Assembly (NCBI GenBank): GCA_003281635.1
Contig: QCBK01000004.1
Span: 5,614 to 69,613 of the forward strand
DNA: 64,000 bases
Source: Prochlorococcus sp. AG-347-G22
Lineage (GTDB): Bacteria; Cyanobacteriota; Cyanobacteriia; PCC-6307; Cyanobiaceae
Direction: 5' to 3'
Every line of letters begins with the position of its first letter. The first letter of the stretch is position 1. The translations under genes and the position numbers were made by a program. The notes beneath the pieces were generated by a model. It was not told the origin of the DNA. It did not search any database and was given only the letters and a program-made list of their open reading frames with translations. Positions 22,462 to 33,872 of the stretch are shown here, piece after piece.

Positions 22462-23241
22462 TTAAATTGCAACTAATTCTCCAAGGTTTCCTAATTTTAA
22501 TAATTTGATTTCATTACTTAACTTATTTTTATCTGATTCTTTCAAATATCCCCAATCAGCTAGGAAGCATGGAATGTGAGAAGTTTCTGAATTTCGTTTA
22601 ATATCGATAAGAGTTTTTTTTCTATCTTCTATAAATCCTAAAATTTCATAAGTTTGTGTAAGTTTTTCAGCTATTTTGATTTTTGTTCCTGATTCATAAC
22701 CAAAAATAAATTCTGGAAAAATACTTAATTGTTTAAGGATTTTTTCTGCAAATATTTTACCTTTAGTTGTTATAACTCCAGTTTTTATTCCTCTTTTGCT
22801 TAATTCTTTCATAAAATTTATAATTTCAAAAAAAGGTTTATGTAAATTTACCCACGATTTAAAATCTTTATCAATTTGGTATTTGCGAGACTTATCTAAC
22901 ATTTTTTGTATATCTTCTGCTACCCAAGAATTTTCATTTAATATCCTCTGGCAATTTTGATGATAATTATTAATGAAATCATCTTTATTATCACTTTTTA
23001 ATGGATTTTCTGTTTTTATAATTTCGTGAGTAATTAGAATCATTTCCCAACCATATTTAACCCAAGGCCTAATTTCTTTGAAAGAATTTGGTACTCCTTG
23101 ATAAAGTTTTTGATCAATAGTGATGTTGGGTGAATTTAAATATCTTTCACAGGCCAGCAAGGAGCTATGCCAATATTCTCGCATTCCGTCAACTATTACT
23201 CCATCAAAATCAAATAGAAAAATTTTTTGAGAAGACACCAA
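22462..23241 (-). CDS. HAD-superfamily hydrolase
   Basis: FDFDGVIVD motif I, ITTK, FIEDR, LADWGY. Confidence 0.85.
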   Translation of the reverse strand: MVSSQKIFLFDFDGVIVDGMREYWHSSLLACERYLNSPNITIDQKLYQGVPNSFKEIRPWVKYGWEMILITHEIIKTENPLKSDNKDDFINNYHQNCQRILNENSWVAEDIQKMLDKSRKYQIDKDFKSWVNLHKPFFEIINFMKELSKRGIKTGVITTKGKIFAEKILKQLSIFPEFIFGYESGTKIKIAEKLTQTYEILGFIEDRKKTLIDIKRNSETSHIPCFLADWGYLKESDKNKLSNEIKLLKLGNLGELVAI

Positions 23242-23254
23242 TTGAATATTAGAA

Positions 23255-23326
23255 CTGGGCCGCTAGGATTCGAACCTAGGAATGTCGAGACCAAAACCCG
23301 ATGCCTTACCACTTGGCGACGGCCCA
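23255..23326 (-). tRNA. tRNA-Gln(TTG)
   Basis: Reverse complement TGGGCCGTCGCCAAGTGGTAAGGCA-TCGGG-TT-TTG-GT-CTCGA...GGTTCGAATCC. Confidence 0.96.
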
Positions 23327-23420
23327 TTGAACTATTATTTTAATACATGAAAAGATTTTTTTCTATCCACAAAATACAAATTTTTTATAAACATGGCGCT
23401 AGTTTTGAAAAATAAAAATA

Positions 23421-24428
23421 TTATTTGAATGAGCTCGATTTCCATGGCTCTAGAAATTTCTGAGCTTTTTTGATCGCCAAACCCATTATTTCAGGATATT
23501 CATAGAGTTTTTTGTTATTTTTGTGAGCAAATTCAATAAGGGGCTGCATAATTTTTCTTGCAGCACTTCCAAATGCTATTCCATCTGGGAGATTATTCGA
23601 ATTCAATAATTCATGAGTTTTTTCATTTGTTCCTCCTGCTAATTGAATTAATCCTGGTGGAAGATCTGAACCGATTTTTTCAAACAACTTAACAGCATCT
23701 CTACTTGTTGTAGGAGCGAGATCTCCAGACATTGGTCTTCCATCTAGTTGCCAAATAAGGGGAATATCTAGCTCATTCAGAATTTCATATCTTTCCCAAA
23801 GAGCTTTTAAAAGATCTTCGGGCTCTTGGGCTTTTTTGAAAGATTGATTTAATCCACAACTAATAGATATCTTGTCTAATTTTATTCCAGAACTTTTAAG
23901 GATACTTACAACTTTTGTAAAAGAATCTAGACGATTGATTTCTGTATGAATTTCTACTGCATTAGGCCTTATTTTTTGAAGTGTTGATGCTAAATCATTT
24001 TTTGACAGATTATATTCATATTCACTAATTAGATTTAGAGGACAACTATTTAAACATCTTCCACATCCATAACATTTACTCTCTCTAATTCCGAAATTAT
24101 CAATTGCAAAGGTGGGGCATACTTTTTCGCATGGTCTTGGACAAGTAGGGGGACATTTTAATGGATCAAATTTTGCTTTTCGAAAGTGGATATCATTACC
24201 ATCACTAATACTTATCATTAATCCAGGGGAATTTTTAAAGACTTTTTTTGCCCAATCGATTCCTTTTTTTGCTGCATAAACTATAGATTCTTCTGCTGCA
24301 ACATCTATGTAGTCGACACCAGCAGCAGTATAAATTGCACATAAATCTTCTATGGCGACAATATCTTCATTACTGGCACCACAAATTAACTTAATCCATT
24401 TATCATTTTTATTTTTGGTTTTAATCAA
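23421..24428 (-). CDS. ldpA: Fe-S protein LdpA (light-dependent period)
   Basis: WIKLICGAS, CPPTCPRPCEKVCP, CYGCGRC, WQLDGRPMSGD, QLAGGTN. Confidence 0.9.
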   Translation of the reverse strand: MIKTKNKNDKWIKLICGASNEDIVAIEDLCAIYTAAGVDYIDVAAEESIVYAAKKGIDWAKKVFKNSPGLMISISDGNDIHFRKAKFDPLKCPPTCPRPCEKVCPTFAIDNFGIRESKCYGCGRCLNSCPLNLISEYEYNLSKNDLASTLQKIRPNAVEIHTEINRLDSFTKVVSILKSSGIKLDKISISCGLNQSFKKAQEPEDLLKALWERYEILNELDIPLIWQLDGRPMSGDLAPTTSRDAVKLFEKIGSDLPPGLIQLAGGTNEKTHELLNSNNLPDGIAFGSAARKIMQPLIEFAHKNNKKLYEYPEIMGLAIKKAQKFLEPWKSSSFK

Positions 24429-24433
24429 ACAAT

Positions 24434-24910
24434 TTAACTTTCAAATTCATCCAAAATATAATTACTTAATGGTTTCCATTCAAGTTTTCTTGAACCCCCC
24501 ATTTCAACAACTATTGTTAGTTTATTATCGTTAGTGCAAATCTCTATTAAGCTCTCTAATTCAGATTGAGATAATACTTGACCTTCTAATAGCCAAAGTA
24601 ATTTATTTTTATCATTTTCATTAAATAACTCAGAAGCTTGTGGGATTACTTGTTGAACTTCCCCAAGCGCTCCGTTTCTTCCTACACTTTGATGACCAAG
24701 GTGAGGTGGTCTAACGCCATGCAATTTGAGCAAGAAAACTTCTGGATCTCCAAGCCCTCTTGCTGAAGTTATAAAAGTTTTAAAGCCTTTGGCCCTCATT
24801 CTCCTCAAAAGACGAGTTTCATAACCACCTTCAAGAGGAGCAAAGATTGCAAGACATTTGTTAGTTTTTAGATCGTTATGAAACTTTTTCCCTGTGAGAA
24901 GTAATGGCAT
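24434..24910 (-). CDS. ndhN: NAD(P)H-quinone oxidoreductase subunit N
   Basis: [32 protein letters not shown]. Confidence 0.92.
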   Translation of the reverse strand: MPLLLTGKKFHNDLKTNKCLAIFAPLEGGYETRLLRRMRAKGFKTFITSARGLGDPEVFLLKLHGVRPPHLGHQSVGRNGALGEVQQVIPQASELFNENDKNKLLWLLEGQVLSQSELESLIEICTNDNKLTIVVEMGGSRKLEWKPLSNYILDEFES

Positions 24911-25189
24911 AAAAATTTCCTTTATTTATATTTTATTTTATTTTATGGTACTTGATGATGTACAATTGTAACTCAGTGAATTTTTATGCTCGCAAGCTAG
25001 CCGAGCCTCTGCAAAATTTCACATTTTTTAGCGTTTCGTTAAAAAATTTCAGGTGGGTTTATCTCATGAGAAACTGTCTAGATTTTTAGATAAGTCTCAA
25101 CCTAACTAATTGTTTTTTTTTACTTTACCTCAATAACTGAAGGTTTTAGATAATTAAAAAATTATTACGAGCTAGCCTAATTTAGTCTT

Positions 25190-25843
25190 ATGTCTATAGG
25201 AATTTTAGGAAAGAAATTGGGCATGTCCCAAATTTTTGACGACAAAGGTAATTCGGTACCAGTTACTCTTATCGAGGCGGGTCCTTGCCGTGTCACTCAA
25301 TTGAAAACAACTGCTTTGGATGGTTATACTGCCGTCCAGATAGGTTATGGCTTGTCCAAAGAAAAGCATATAAGTAAACCTGAAAAGGGACATTTGTTGA
25401 AATCAGGTGAAGAACTTTTAAAGCATTTGAAAGAGTATAGGGTTGAAGAAACTTCATCCTATGAAATAGGAAATCAAATAACCGTAAAAAACTTTGAGGT
25501 TGGTCAAAAAGTTGATATCAGTGGCAAATCTATGGGTAGAGGTTTTGCTGGTTATCAGAAAAGACATGGTTTTAGTAGAGGTCCTATGAGTCATGGTTCA
25601 AAAAATCATAGAGCGCCTGGATCTACAGGAGCAGGAACAACTCCAGGAAGAATTTACCCGGGAAAAAGAATGGCAGGAAGATACGGAGGAAAACAAATAA
25701 CTACTAAAGGATTATTAGTTCTAAAAATTGATGATCAGAAAAATTTGCTTGTAGTAAAGGGTTCTGTCCCAGGTAAGCCAGGCTCAATTGTAAACATTAA
25801 GCCAAACAATGTTGTAGGCAAAAAAGGAGGTGAAAAATCATGA
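25190..25843 (+). CDS. rplC: 50S ribosomal protein L3
   Basis: [26 protein letters not shown]. Confidence 0.98.
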   Translation: MSIGILGKKLGMSQIFDDKGNSVPVTLIEAGPCRVTQLKTTALDGYTAVQIGYGLSKEKHISKPEKGHLLKSGEELLKHLKEYRVEETSSYEIGNQITVKNFEVGQKVDISGKSMGRGFAGYQKRHGFSRGPMSHGSKNHRAPGSTGAGTTPGRIYPGKRMAGRYGGKQITTKGLLVLKIDDQKNLLVVKGSVPGKPGSIVNIKPNNVVGKKGGEKS

Positions 25844-26472
25844 CAACACTTGAAACTCTTAAGTGGGATGGTAAAAAATCTGGCAAGGTTTCTCTTGATT
25901 TAGCAGTTGCCAAAGAAACTTCTTCGGCAGACTTAATCCATAGAGCAGTCCTTAGACAGCTAGCAAATAAAAGACAAGGGACAGCATCAACTTTGACAAG
26001 ATCTGAAGTGCGCGGGGGCGGCAGAAAGCCATACAAACAAAAAGGTACAGGAAGAGCTCGTCAAGGATCAATAAGGACACCCTTAAGACCTGGTGGCGGA
26101 ATTATTTTTGGACCGAAGCCACGTTCTTACAATCTTGATATGAATCGTAAGGAACGTAGATTAGCTCTTAGAACAGCTCTTATGTCTAGAGTATCTGATA
26201 TGAAAGCTGTTGAAGATTTTGGATCTACTTTAAAGCAGCCTAAAACAAGTGATATCATCAATGGCCTTGCTCGATTAGGTATACAAAAAACTGAAAAAGT
26301 TTTGGTTATTCTTGATAGCCCTTCCGATATTATAAAAAAATCCATTAATAATATTGAGAAAGTAAAATTAATCGCCGCTGATCAATTAAATGTATTTGAT
26401 ATTCTTAATGCCAATAAATTGGTAATAGGTCAATCAGCGATAGATAAAATTCAGGAGGTTTATGCATCATGA
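25840..26472 (+). CDS. rplD: 50S ribosomal protein L4
   Basis: [30 protein letters not shown]. Confidence 0.98.
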   Translation: MTTLETLKWDGKKSGKVSLDLAVAKETSSADLIHRAVLRQLANKRQGTASTLTRSEVRGGGRKPYKQKGTGRARQGSIRTPLRPGGGIIFGPKPRSYNLDMNRKERRLALRTALMSRVSDMKAVEDFGSTLKQPKTSDIINGLARLGIQKTEKVLVILDSPSDIIKKSINNIEKVKLIAADQLNVFDILNANKLVIGQSAIDKIQEVYAS

Positions 26473-26771
26473 GTAAATTATTCGATTCTCGTCTAGCCGA
26501 TGTAATACGGAAGCCAGTTATTACTGAAAAAGCTACAAATGCACTAGATCTTAATCAATATACTTTCGAAGTTGATCATAGAGCGGCTAAACCACAAATA
26601 AAGGCAGCTATTGAGGCCTTGTTCAGTGTTAAAGTCATAGGAGTTAACACTATGAATCCTCCTAGGAGAACAAGAAGAGTCGGGAAATTTTCCGGAAAAC
26701 GTTCTCAGGTCAAGAAGGCAATTGTACGTCTTGCTGAAGGAGACAAAATCCAATTATTTCCAGAATCTTAA
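26469..26771 (+). CDS. rplW: 50S ribosomal protein L23
   Basis: PVITEKA, KKAIVRL; operon position. Confidence 0.97.
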   Translation: MSKLFDSRLADVIRKPVITEKATNALDLNQYTFEVDHRAAKPQIKAAIEALFSVKVIGVNTMNPPRRTRRVGKFSGKRSQVKKAIVRLAEGDKIQLFPES

Positions 26772-26783
26772 GGAGTTTTAATC

Positions 26784-27647
26784 ATGGCAATACGTAAATT
26801 TAAACCTTATACACCTGGCACTAGGCAGAGAGTAGTTACTGACTTTAGTGAAATTACAAATGCAAAACCTGAAAGATCACTAATAGTTTCAAAACATAGA
26901 GTTAAAGGCAGGAATAATCGTGGAGTTATCACTTGTCGTCATCGTGGAGGTGGTCACAAAAGGCAATATAGATTGGTCGACTTTAGAAGAGATAAAAGAA
27001 ATATCAACGCTAAAGTTGCAGCTATACACTACGATCCTCATAGAAATGCAAGGTTGGCACTTTTATTTTACGAAGATGGAGAGAAAAGATATATTATCGC
27101 TCCAGCAGGAGTAAAAGTCGGACAAAATGTCATTTCTGGAGAAAGTGTTCCAATTGAAGATGGAAACGCAATGCCGCTTTCTGTTATGCCATTAGGATCT
27201 AGTGTTCATTGTGTTGAGTTATACGCAGGTAGGGGTGCTCAAATGGTGAGATCCGCAGGAGCTAGTGCTCAAGTTATGGCAAAAGAGGGAGATTATGTTG
27301 CTTTAAAACTTCCATCTACTGAGGTAAGACTCGTAAGAAAAGAATGCTATGCAACTCTTGGTGAAGTAGGTAATTCTGAAATAAGAAATACTAGCTTAGG
27401 TAAAGCAGGAAGAAGAAGATGGCTTGGAAGAAGGCCTCAAGTAAGAGGTAGTGTAATGAACCCATGTGATCATCCACATGGAGGAGGAGAGGGAAAAGCA
27501 CCAATTGGTAGAGCAGGCCCAGTTACTCCATGGGGTAAGCCAGCTCTTGGACTTAAGACACGTAAAAAGAACAAACCAAGTAATAAATTGGTTGTTCGAA
27601 GACGCCGTCGAGTTTCTAAGAGGAGTAGAGGAGGAAGAGACTCTTGA
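26784..27647 (+). CDS. rplB: 50S ribosomal protein L2
   Basis: [26 protein letters not shown]. Confidence 0.99.
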
Positions 27648-27684
27648 TTACTTCATTTATTATTTCAATTTCTATTACATAATC

Positions 27685-27963
27685 ATGGGACGTTCACTAA
27701 AAAAAGGACCTTTTATAGCAGATAGCCTGCTCAAGAAGGTAGAAAAACAAAATACCGATAATGACAAGTCTGTTATCAAAACTTGGTCAAGATCCTCTAC
27801 GATTTTACCTTTAATGATCGGTCACACAATCGCTGTACATAATGGCAAGACTCACATTCCAGTATTTATTACTGAACAAATGATTGGTCACAAACTCGGT
27901 GAATTTGCTCCTACACGCACTTACCGAGGTCATATAAGAGATAAGAAAGGAGCAAAATCATGA
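27685..27963 (+). CDS. rpsS: 30S ribosomal protein S19
   Basis: [26 protein letters not shown]; true start is the ATG at 27685. Confidence 0.98.
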
Positions 27964-28346
27964 CAAAAACACCTGAAACAACAAAAACAGCAATTGCTCA
28001 TGGGAATTATGTTCGCGGATCAGCCTCTAAAGTGAGAAGAGTTTTGGATCAGATAAGGGGTAGATCTTATAGAGATGCATTGATTATGTTGGAATTTATG
28101 CCTTACAGATCTACAGACCCCATTACTAAAGTTCTAAGATCTGCTGTTGCTAATGCAGAACATAACCTTGGAATGGATCCATCTACCTTAGTTATTTCCT
28201 CTGCATGGGCTAATAGTGGTCCAGTAATGAAAAGGTATAGACCCAGAGCTCAAGGTCGAGCTTTTTCAATTAAAAAACAGACTTGCCACATCAGTATTTC
28301 TGTTGAGTCTGCTCCTACTCAAACTAATGCGGAGGTACAAAACTAA
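27960..28346 (+). CDS. rplV: 50S ribosomal protein L22
   Basis: [17 protein letters not shown]. Confidence 0.98.
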
Positions 28347-29077
28347 TGGGACATAAAATACATCCTTCTGGACTAAGATTAGGAATTACACAAGAGCATC
28401 GCTCTAAGTGGTTTGCTACTTCTAAAACATATCCAATTCTTCTTCAAGAAGATTTTAAAATTCGTACTTTTATACAAAAAAAATATGGAGCAGCAGGAAT
28501 TAGCGATATTTTAATAGCAAGAAAAGCTGACCAACTGGAACTTGAATTAAAAACAGCAAGACCAGGAGTTATAGTTGGAAGACAGGGAAGTGGTATTGAA
28601 GAATTAAGAGCTGGTATTCAAAAAACTATAGGGGATAGAACCAGACAAGTAAGAATAAACGTAGTTGAAGTTGAACGCGTAGATGCCGATGCTTTTTTAC
28701 TAGCTGAATATATTGCGCAACAACTAGAAAAAAGAGTCGCTTTTAGAAGAACTATAAGGATGGCCTTACAAAGGGCTCAAAGGGCTGGAGTCTTAGGTCT
28801 TAAAATCCAAGTAGGGGGAAGGTTGAATGGTGCTGAAATAGCTAGAACTGAATGGACTAGAGAAGGAAGAGTTCCATTACATACATTGAGAGCTGAAATT
28901 GACTATGCAACACGTGAAGCTAATACAACTTACGGTGTTCTAGGCATTAAAGTTTGGGTTTTCAAAGGTGAAGTTCTCCCTAAAGAAGAACAAACAATCC
29001 CTGTGGGTGCGAGCCCCAAAAGGAAAGCTAATAGAAGACCTCAGCAATTTGAGGATCGTTCAAATGAGAATTCATAG
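28346..29077 (+). CDS. rpsC: 30S ribosomal protein S3
   Basis: [32 protein letters not shown]. Confidence 0.98.
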   Translation: MGHKIHPSGLRLGITQEHRSKWFATSKTYPILLQEDFKIRTFIQKKYGAAGISDILIARKADQLELELKTARPGVIVGRQGSGIEELRAGIQKTIGDRTRQVRINVVEVERVDADAFLLAEYIAQQLEKRVAFRRTIRMALQRAQRAGVLGLKIQVGGRLNGAEIARTEWTREGRVPLHTLRAEIDYATREANTTYGVLGIKVWVFKGEVLPKEEQTIPVGASPKRKANRRPQQFEDRSNENS

Positions 29078-29088
29078 GAGGTATAAAA

Positions 29089-29571
29089 ATGCTTAGTCCA
29101 AAACGTACTAAATTCCGTAAACAACATAGAGGCAGAATGAGGGGTGTAGCCTCAAAAGGCAATACTATTGCATTCGGTCAATTTGCTCTCCAAGCTCAAG
29201 ACTGTGGCTGGGTAACTGCACGTCAGATTGAAGCAAGCAGAAGAGCTATGACCAGATATATCAAACGTGGTGGTCAAATTTGGATAAGAATATTTCCTGA
29301 TAAACCCGTAACCATGAGACCTGCAGAAACCAGAATGGGTTCTGGTAAAGGTAATCCAGAGTTTTGGGTCGCAGTTGTAAAACCTGGAAGAATACTTTTT
29401 GAAATGGGTGGTGAAGATATCACTGAGGAAACTGCAAAGGAAGCTATGCGTCTGGCTCAATACAAACTTCCTGTAAAAACTAAATTTATCTCCATTGATA
29501 AAAATCAAGAAAATTCCTCCCAAGAAAATTCAAAAAATAGTAAAAAATCTCAAGAGGAGGTTAAACAATGA
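29089..29571 (+). CDS. rplP: 50S ribosomal protein L16
   Basis: [19 protein letters not shown]. Confidence 0.98.
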   Translation: MLSPKRTKFRKQHRGRMRGVASKGNTIAFGQFALQAQDCGWVTARQIEASRRAMTRYIKRGGQIWIRIFPDKPVTMRPAETRMGSGKGNPEFWVAVVKPGRILFEMGGEDITEETAKEAMRLAQYKLPVKTKFISIDKNQENSSQENSKNSKKSQEEVKQ

Positions 29572-29786
29572 AAAACTCAGATTCACTTAAGGAATTTAAA
29601 AAATTAAATTCTGAACAAATTACTGAAAAGATTGACCAATTACGAAAAGATCTTTTTGACTTGAGATTCAAGCAAGCTACCAGACAGCTTAATGAAACTC
29701 ATAAATTTAAAATCATCAAGAAACAAGTTGCGCAATTACTCACTCTCAGTAAGAGTCAATCTGCTTCTAAAACAACTTCTGATTAA
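29568..29786 (+). CDS. rpmC: 50S ribosomal protein L29
   Basis: [10 protein letters not shown]; operon position. Confidence 0.95.
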   Translation: MKNSDSLKEFKKLNSEQITEKIDQLRKDLFDLRFKQATRQLNETHKFKIIKKQVAQLLTLSKSQSASKTTSD

Positions 29787-29795
29787 TTATTAGTT

Positions 29796-30062
29796 ATGGC
29801 ACTTAAAGAAAGAATTGGTACTGTTGTCAGCGACAAAATGGATAAAACAGTTGTTGTTGCTGTTATTAACAGATATCCACATCCCACTTACAAAAAAATT
29901 GTAAGTAGAACTACACGATATAAGGCGCATGATCCAGAAAATACGTGTGTTCTAGGAGATCGAGTCAAAATTAGAGAAACTAGACCGCTCAGTGCTCATA
30001 AAAGATGGGCAATAGAAGAGATTCTCAATAAAACAAGTGAGGCTAAGGAGGTTAAAAAATGA
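29796..30062 (+). CDS. rpsQ: 30S ribosomal protein S17
   Basis: [17 protein letters not shown]. Confidence 0.97.
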
Positions 30063-30424
30063 TTCAACAAGAAACTTATTTAACAGTTGCCGATAATAGC
30101 GGAGCAAAAAGACTCCAATGTATTAGGGTTTTAGGTTCTAATAGAAGGTATGCACATGTCGGAGATGTAATCGTAGCAACTGTAAAAGATGCTCTTCCTA
30201 ACATGGGAGTTAAGAAATCTGAAGTTGTTAAAGCTGTTATCGTCAGAACTAAAGCAACATTAAGAAGAAATACTGGTAATTCAATCAGATTTGATGACAA
30301 TGCGGCAGTATTGATCAATGAAGATAAGAATCCAAAAGGTACTAGAGTCTTTGGTCCTGTAGCTAGAGAACTGCGGGATAAAAATTATACAAAGATTGTT
30401 TCTCTTGCTCCGGAGGTTATTTAA
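30059..30424 (+). CDS. rplN: 50S ribosomal protein L14
   Basis: [22 protein letters not shown]. Confidence 0.98.
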
Positions 30425-30781
30425 ATGTTGGATTCATTAAAGCAAAAGAAAAATTACCAGAGAATAAAAATGAGAATCAAAACTGGAGATTTGGTAAAAG
30501 TAATTAATGGCAAGGACAAAGGCAAAACTGGTGAGGTTTTAAAAACTATTCCTCTTGAAAATAGAGTAGTTGTTAAGGGAATTAACCTCAGGACTAAACA
30601 TGTAAAACCAACTCAGGAGGGAGAAACTGGAAGAATACTTACAGAAGAAGCATCTTTACATGCATCAAATGTAATGTTCTTTTCGAAGGATAAAAATCTT
30701 ACAAGTAAGATTGAATACTTTATTGATAAAGAGGGGGTAAAGAAAAGAAGATTGAAGAAAACTGGTGAAGTAATTGATTAA
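30425..30781 (+). CDS. rplX: 50S ribosomal protein L24
   Basis: KOW motif [21 protein letters not shown]. Confidence 0.97.
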   Translation: MLDSLKQKKNYQRIKMRIKTGDLVKVINGKDKGKTGEVLKTIPLENRVVVKGINLRTKHVKPTQEGETGRILTEEASLHASNVMFFSKDKNLTSKIEYFIDKEGVKKRRLKKTGEVID

Positions 30782-30855
30782 TTTTTCATCAGAAACCAGA
30801 TTTCAACTTTTTCTAATTTATCAATTCTGACAAAGACCAGAATTAACAAAAAATT

Positions 30856-31395
30856 ATGACTCTAAAAAATCGCTACAAAGAATCAATAAGACCAAAACTT
30901 TTAAAGGATCTTGGTCTTAAAAATATTCATCAAGTACCTAAAGTTGTCAAAGTCAACGTTAACAGAGGTCTTGGTGAGGCAGCCTCAAATTCGAAAGCTC
31001 TAGAAGCCTCTTTAAACGAAATGGCAACAATTACAGGACAAAAGGCCCTTGTAACTAGGGCTAAAAAAGCTATCGCGGGTTTTAAAATTCGTGAGGGCAT
31101 GCCAATTGGTTGTACTGTTACTTTGAGAGGAGAAAGGATGTATTCCTTTTTGGAGAGATTTATAAATCTAGCTTTACCAAGAATAAGAGACTTCAGAGGA
31201 GTTAATCCAAAAAGTTTCGATGGGAGAGGGAACTATACCGTTGGAGTGAAAGAGCAATTGATTTTTCCTGAAATCTCTTTTGATAAAATAGATTCAATAA
31301 GAGGTATGGATATAACTATTGTCACTAGTGCAAAATCAGATCAAGAAGGTAAAGCTCTTTTGCAAGAGCTAGGAATGCCTTTTAGTAAGAATTAA
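30856..31395 (+). CDS. rplE: 50S ribosomal protein L5
   Basis: [21 protein letters not shown]. Confidence 0.98.
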   Translation: MTLKNRYKESIRPKLLKDLGLKNIHQVPKVVKVNVNRGLGEAASNSKALEASLNEMATITGQKALVTRAKKAIAGFKIREGMPIGCTVTLRGERMYSFLERFINLALPRIRDFRGVNPKSFDGRGNYTVGVKEQLIFPEISFDKIDSIRGMDITIVTSAKSDQEGKALLQELGMPFSKN

Positions 31396-31404
31396 ATTAA
31401 AACT

Positions 31405-31806
31405 ATGTCAAATCACGATCCTATTTCAGATATGCTTACTCGAATTAGAAATGCGAGTCAAAAAAAGCATACAACCACAACAATCCCAGGTTCAAAAATG
31501 TCCTTAAGTATCGCCAAAGTGCTTCAAAAAGAGGGATTCATTTCTGATATTAATGAAGAAGGTGAAGGTTATAAATCACAAATAATACTAGGTCTCAAAT
31601 ATAGTGGTAAAAACAAATTTCCTACTATCCGATCTATGCAAAGAGTTAGTAAACCTGGTTTGAGAATATATAAAAATACTAGAGGTTTACCAAAAGTTCT
31701 TGGAGGCCTTGGAGTTGCCATAATTTCAACTTCTAAAGGCGTTATGAGTGATCGCGATGCTAGAAAGCAAGGCATTGGCGGCGAAGTCCTCTGCTATGTT
31801 TATTAA
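31405..31806 (+). CDS. rpsH: 30S ribosomal protein S8
   Basis: [26 protein letters not shown]. Confidence 0.98.
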   Translation: MSNHDPISDMLTRIRNASQKKHTTTTIPGSKMSLSIAKVLQKEGFISDINEEGEGYKSQIILGLKYSGKNKFPTIRSMQRVSKPGLRIYKNTRGLPKVLGGLGVAIISTSKGVMSDRDARKQGIGGEVLCYVY

Positions 31807-31818
31807 GGAGAATTAATC

Positions 31819-32358
31819 ATGTCAAGAATCGGAAAAACACCAGTACTTATTCCAGAGAAAGTTACAGTTGATTTTGATGGATTAATAGTTACAGTAAAAG
31901 GCCCAAAGGGTGAGTTAAAACGTCTCATGCCTGAGGGAGTTAGTTTTGATAAGAAAGATAATACTGTTGTCGTAAGTCCTACTACAACCAAAATATATTC
32001 AAGACAGAGACATGGTTTATGTAGAGCCTTAATTGCAAATATGGTTGAAGGGGTTACTCAAGGTTTTTCAAAGAAACTAGAAATTGTTGGCGTTGGATCA
32101 AGAGCACAAGTAAAAGGTAAAAATCTAGTTGTAAGTGCAGGATATAGTCATCCTGTAGAAATGATCCCCCCCGATGGTATAACATACAAAGTTGAGAGTA
32201 ATACAAATGTTACCGTATCTGGAATTGATAAGGAAATTGTTGGCAATGAAGCAGCAAAAATCAGATCAATTAGACCTCCAGAGCCATATAAAGGAAAAGG
32301 AATTAAATACCATGATGAGAGAATTCTCAGAAAAGCTGGCAAATCTGGCAAAAAATAA
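31819..32358 (+). CDS. rplF: 50S ribosomal protein L6
   Basis: [22 protein letters not shown]. Confidence 0.98.
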   Translation: MSRIGKTPVLIPEKVTVDFDGLIVTVKGPKGELKRLMPEGVSFDKKDNTVVVSPTTTKIYSRQRHGLCRALIANMVEGVTQGFSKKLEIVGVGSRAQVKGKNLVVSAGYSHPVEMIPPDGITYKVESNTNVTVSGIDKEIVGNEAAKIRSIRPPEPYKGKGIKYHDERILRKAGKSGKK

Positions 32359-32373
32359 TTTGAATTTAAAAAA

Positions 32374-32742
32374 ATGACCAAACTTTCCAGGAAATTACAA
32401 ACCCAAAAAAGACATAGAAGATTAAGGAGATTCTTAATTGGGGATGCAACGCGTCCAAGATTATCTGTCTTTCGCTCTAATAACCATATTTATGCCCAAG
32501 TCATAGATGATAGCGCTCAAACAACTATTTGCTCAGCTTCAACTGTTGATAAGGAACTGAGAGGAAAATCTGAGAAATTATCTGCTGATTGTAATTCTTC
32601 TTCCATTGTTGGAAAATTATTAGCAAAGAGAGCGATAAACAAAGGTATTAAGCAAGTAATTTTTGACCGTGGAGGTAACTTATATCACGGCAGAGTAAAG
32701 GCACTTGCAGACGCTGCTCGTGAAGCTGGCCTAGAATTCTAA
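32374..32742 (+). CDS. rplR: 50S ribosomal protein L18
   Basis: [20 protein letters not shown]. Confidence 0.98.
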   Translation: MTKLSRKLQTQKRHRRLRRFLIGDATRPRLSVFRSNNHIYAQVIDDSAQTTICSASTVDKELRGKSEKLSADCNSSSIVGKLLAKRAINKGIKQVIFDRGGNLYHGRVKALADAAREAGLEF

Positions 32743-32759
32743 CTCTTAAATTTTTTACT

Positions 32760-33380
32760 ATGACTGACACTCCAACAAAACAAGAAATTCAATCCAAGAA
32801 CGACAAAGCTCCTGGAGCTATGCCCGTAGAACAAAAAAGGAATAATCGAAATGATCGAAAAAGAAATAGAAGAGGTGATTCAAAAAATCTTGAGAGAGAT
32901 TCTGATTGGCAAGAAAGAGTTGTTCAAATTCGACGTGTTTCTAAGACTGTAAAGGGTGGAAAAAAAATGAGTTTTAGAGCAATTGTTGTTGTGGGTAATG
33001 AGAAAGGTCAAGTTGGAGTTGGAGTTGGTAAAGCAGGGGATGTCATTGGTGCTGTGAGAAAGGGAGTTTCAGATGGTAAAAAGAATCTTGTAAGGGTTCC
33101 CTTGACCCCAAATAATTCAATACCGACTTTATCTAAAGGGCGAGATGGTGCTGCTAATGTATTAATTAGACCAGCTGCCCCAGGTACAGGTGTAATTGCT
33201 GGTGGTTCAATAAGAACAGTTTTAGAATTAGCCGGCATAAAAAATGTCTTAGCAAAAAGATTGGGTAGTAAAACACCTTTGAATAATGCAAGAGCTGCTA
33301 TGGTAGCTCTTTCTCAATTAAGAACACACAAATCTGCCTCAAGGGAGAGAGGCATCTCACTTGAACAGCTCTATTCTTAA
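32760..33380 (+). CDS. rpsE: 30S ribosomal protein S5
   Basis: [21 protein letters not shown]. Confidence 0.98.
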   Translation: MTDTPTKQEIQSKNDKAPGAMPVEQKRNNRNDRKRNRRGDSKNLERDSDWQERVVQIRRVSKTVKGGKKMSFRAIVVVGNEKGQVGVGVGKAGDVIGAVRKGVSDGKKNLVRVPLTPNNSIPTLSKGRDGAANVLIRPAAPGTGVIAGGSIRTVLELAGIKNVLAKRLGSKTPLNNARAAMVALSQLRTHKSASRERGISLEQLYS

Positions 33381-33384
33381 AATT

Positions 33385-33843
33385 ATGACTTCAACATTAA
33401 ATACACTTAAATCAAACTCTGGCTCTAGAAAGAAAAAATTAAGAAAGGGAAGAGGAATTGCAGCTGGTCAGGGTGCATCATGTGGTTTTGGAATGAGAGG
33501 ACAAAAGTCACGTTCTGGAAGACCTACACGTCCAGGTTTTGAAGGTGGTCAAATGCCTCTATACAGAAGAGTTCCAAAATTAAAGCACTTTGAAATAATT
33601 AATCAAAAGAATTTTTCCATAATTAATTTAGAAAAATTAAATGATTTCAAAGATAACGATATAGTTAACCTTGACTCGCTAGTGAAGAAGGGATTAATCT
33701 TCAAACCAAAATTTCCTTTAAAAATCCTTGGTAATGGAACAATTAATGTAAAACTAAAAGTCCAAGCTCATGCATTTACAAAAGTTGCAAAACAAAAAAT
33801 TGAGGACGCAGGTGGATCCTGCGAGCTTATAAATAATAAATAA
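33385..33843 (+). CDS. rplO: 50S ribosomal protein L15
   Basis: [24 protein letters not shown]; start is the ATG at 33385. Confidence 0.97.
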   Translation: MTSTLNTLKSNSGSRKKKLRKGRGIAAGQGASCGFGMRGQKSRSGRPTRPGFEGGQMPLYRRVPKLKHFEIINQKNFSIINLEKLNDFKDNDIVNLDSLVKKGLIFKPKFPLKILGNGTINVKLKVQAHAFTKVAKQKIEDAGGSCELINNK

Positions 33844-33872
33844 ATTTATTAAAAATTTAGGTAAGCTTCAAA

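Noticed and set aside
27466-27684. N-terminal extension of S19 in the ORF track (similarly psaD 3901, rplO 33361, HNH 41918)
   Set aside because: These are longest-ORF artefacts, mostly overlapping neighbouring genes; the conserved starts lie downstream.
29506-29531. CAAGAAAATTC duplicated in the rplP tail
   Set aside because: It is a short in-frame duplication in a low-complexity C-terminal extension, with no sign of function.
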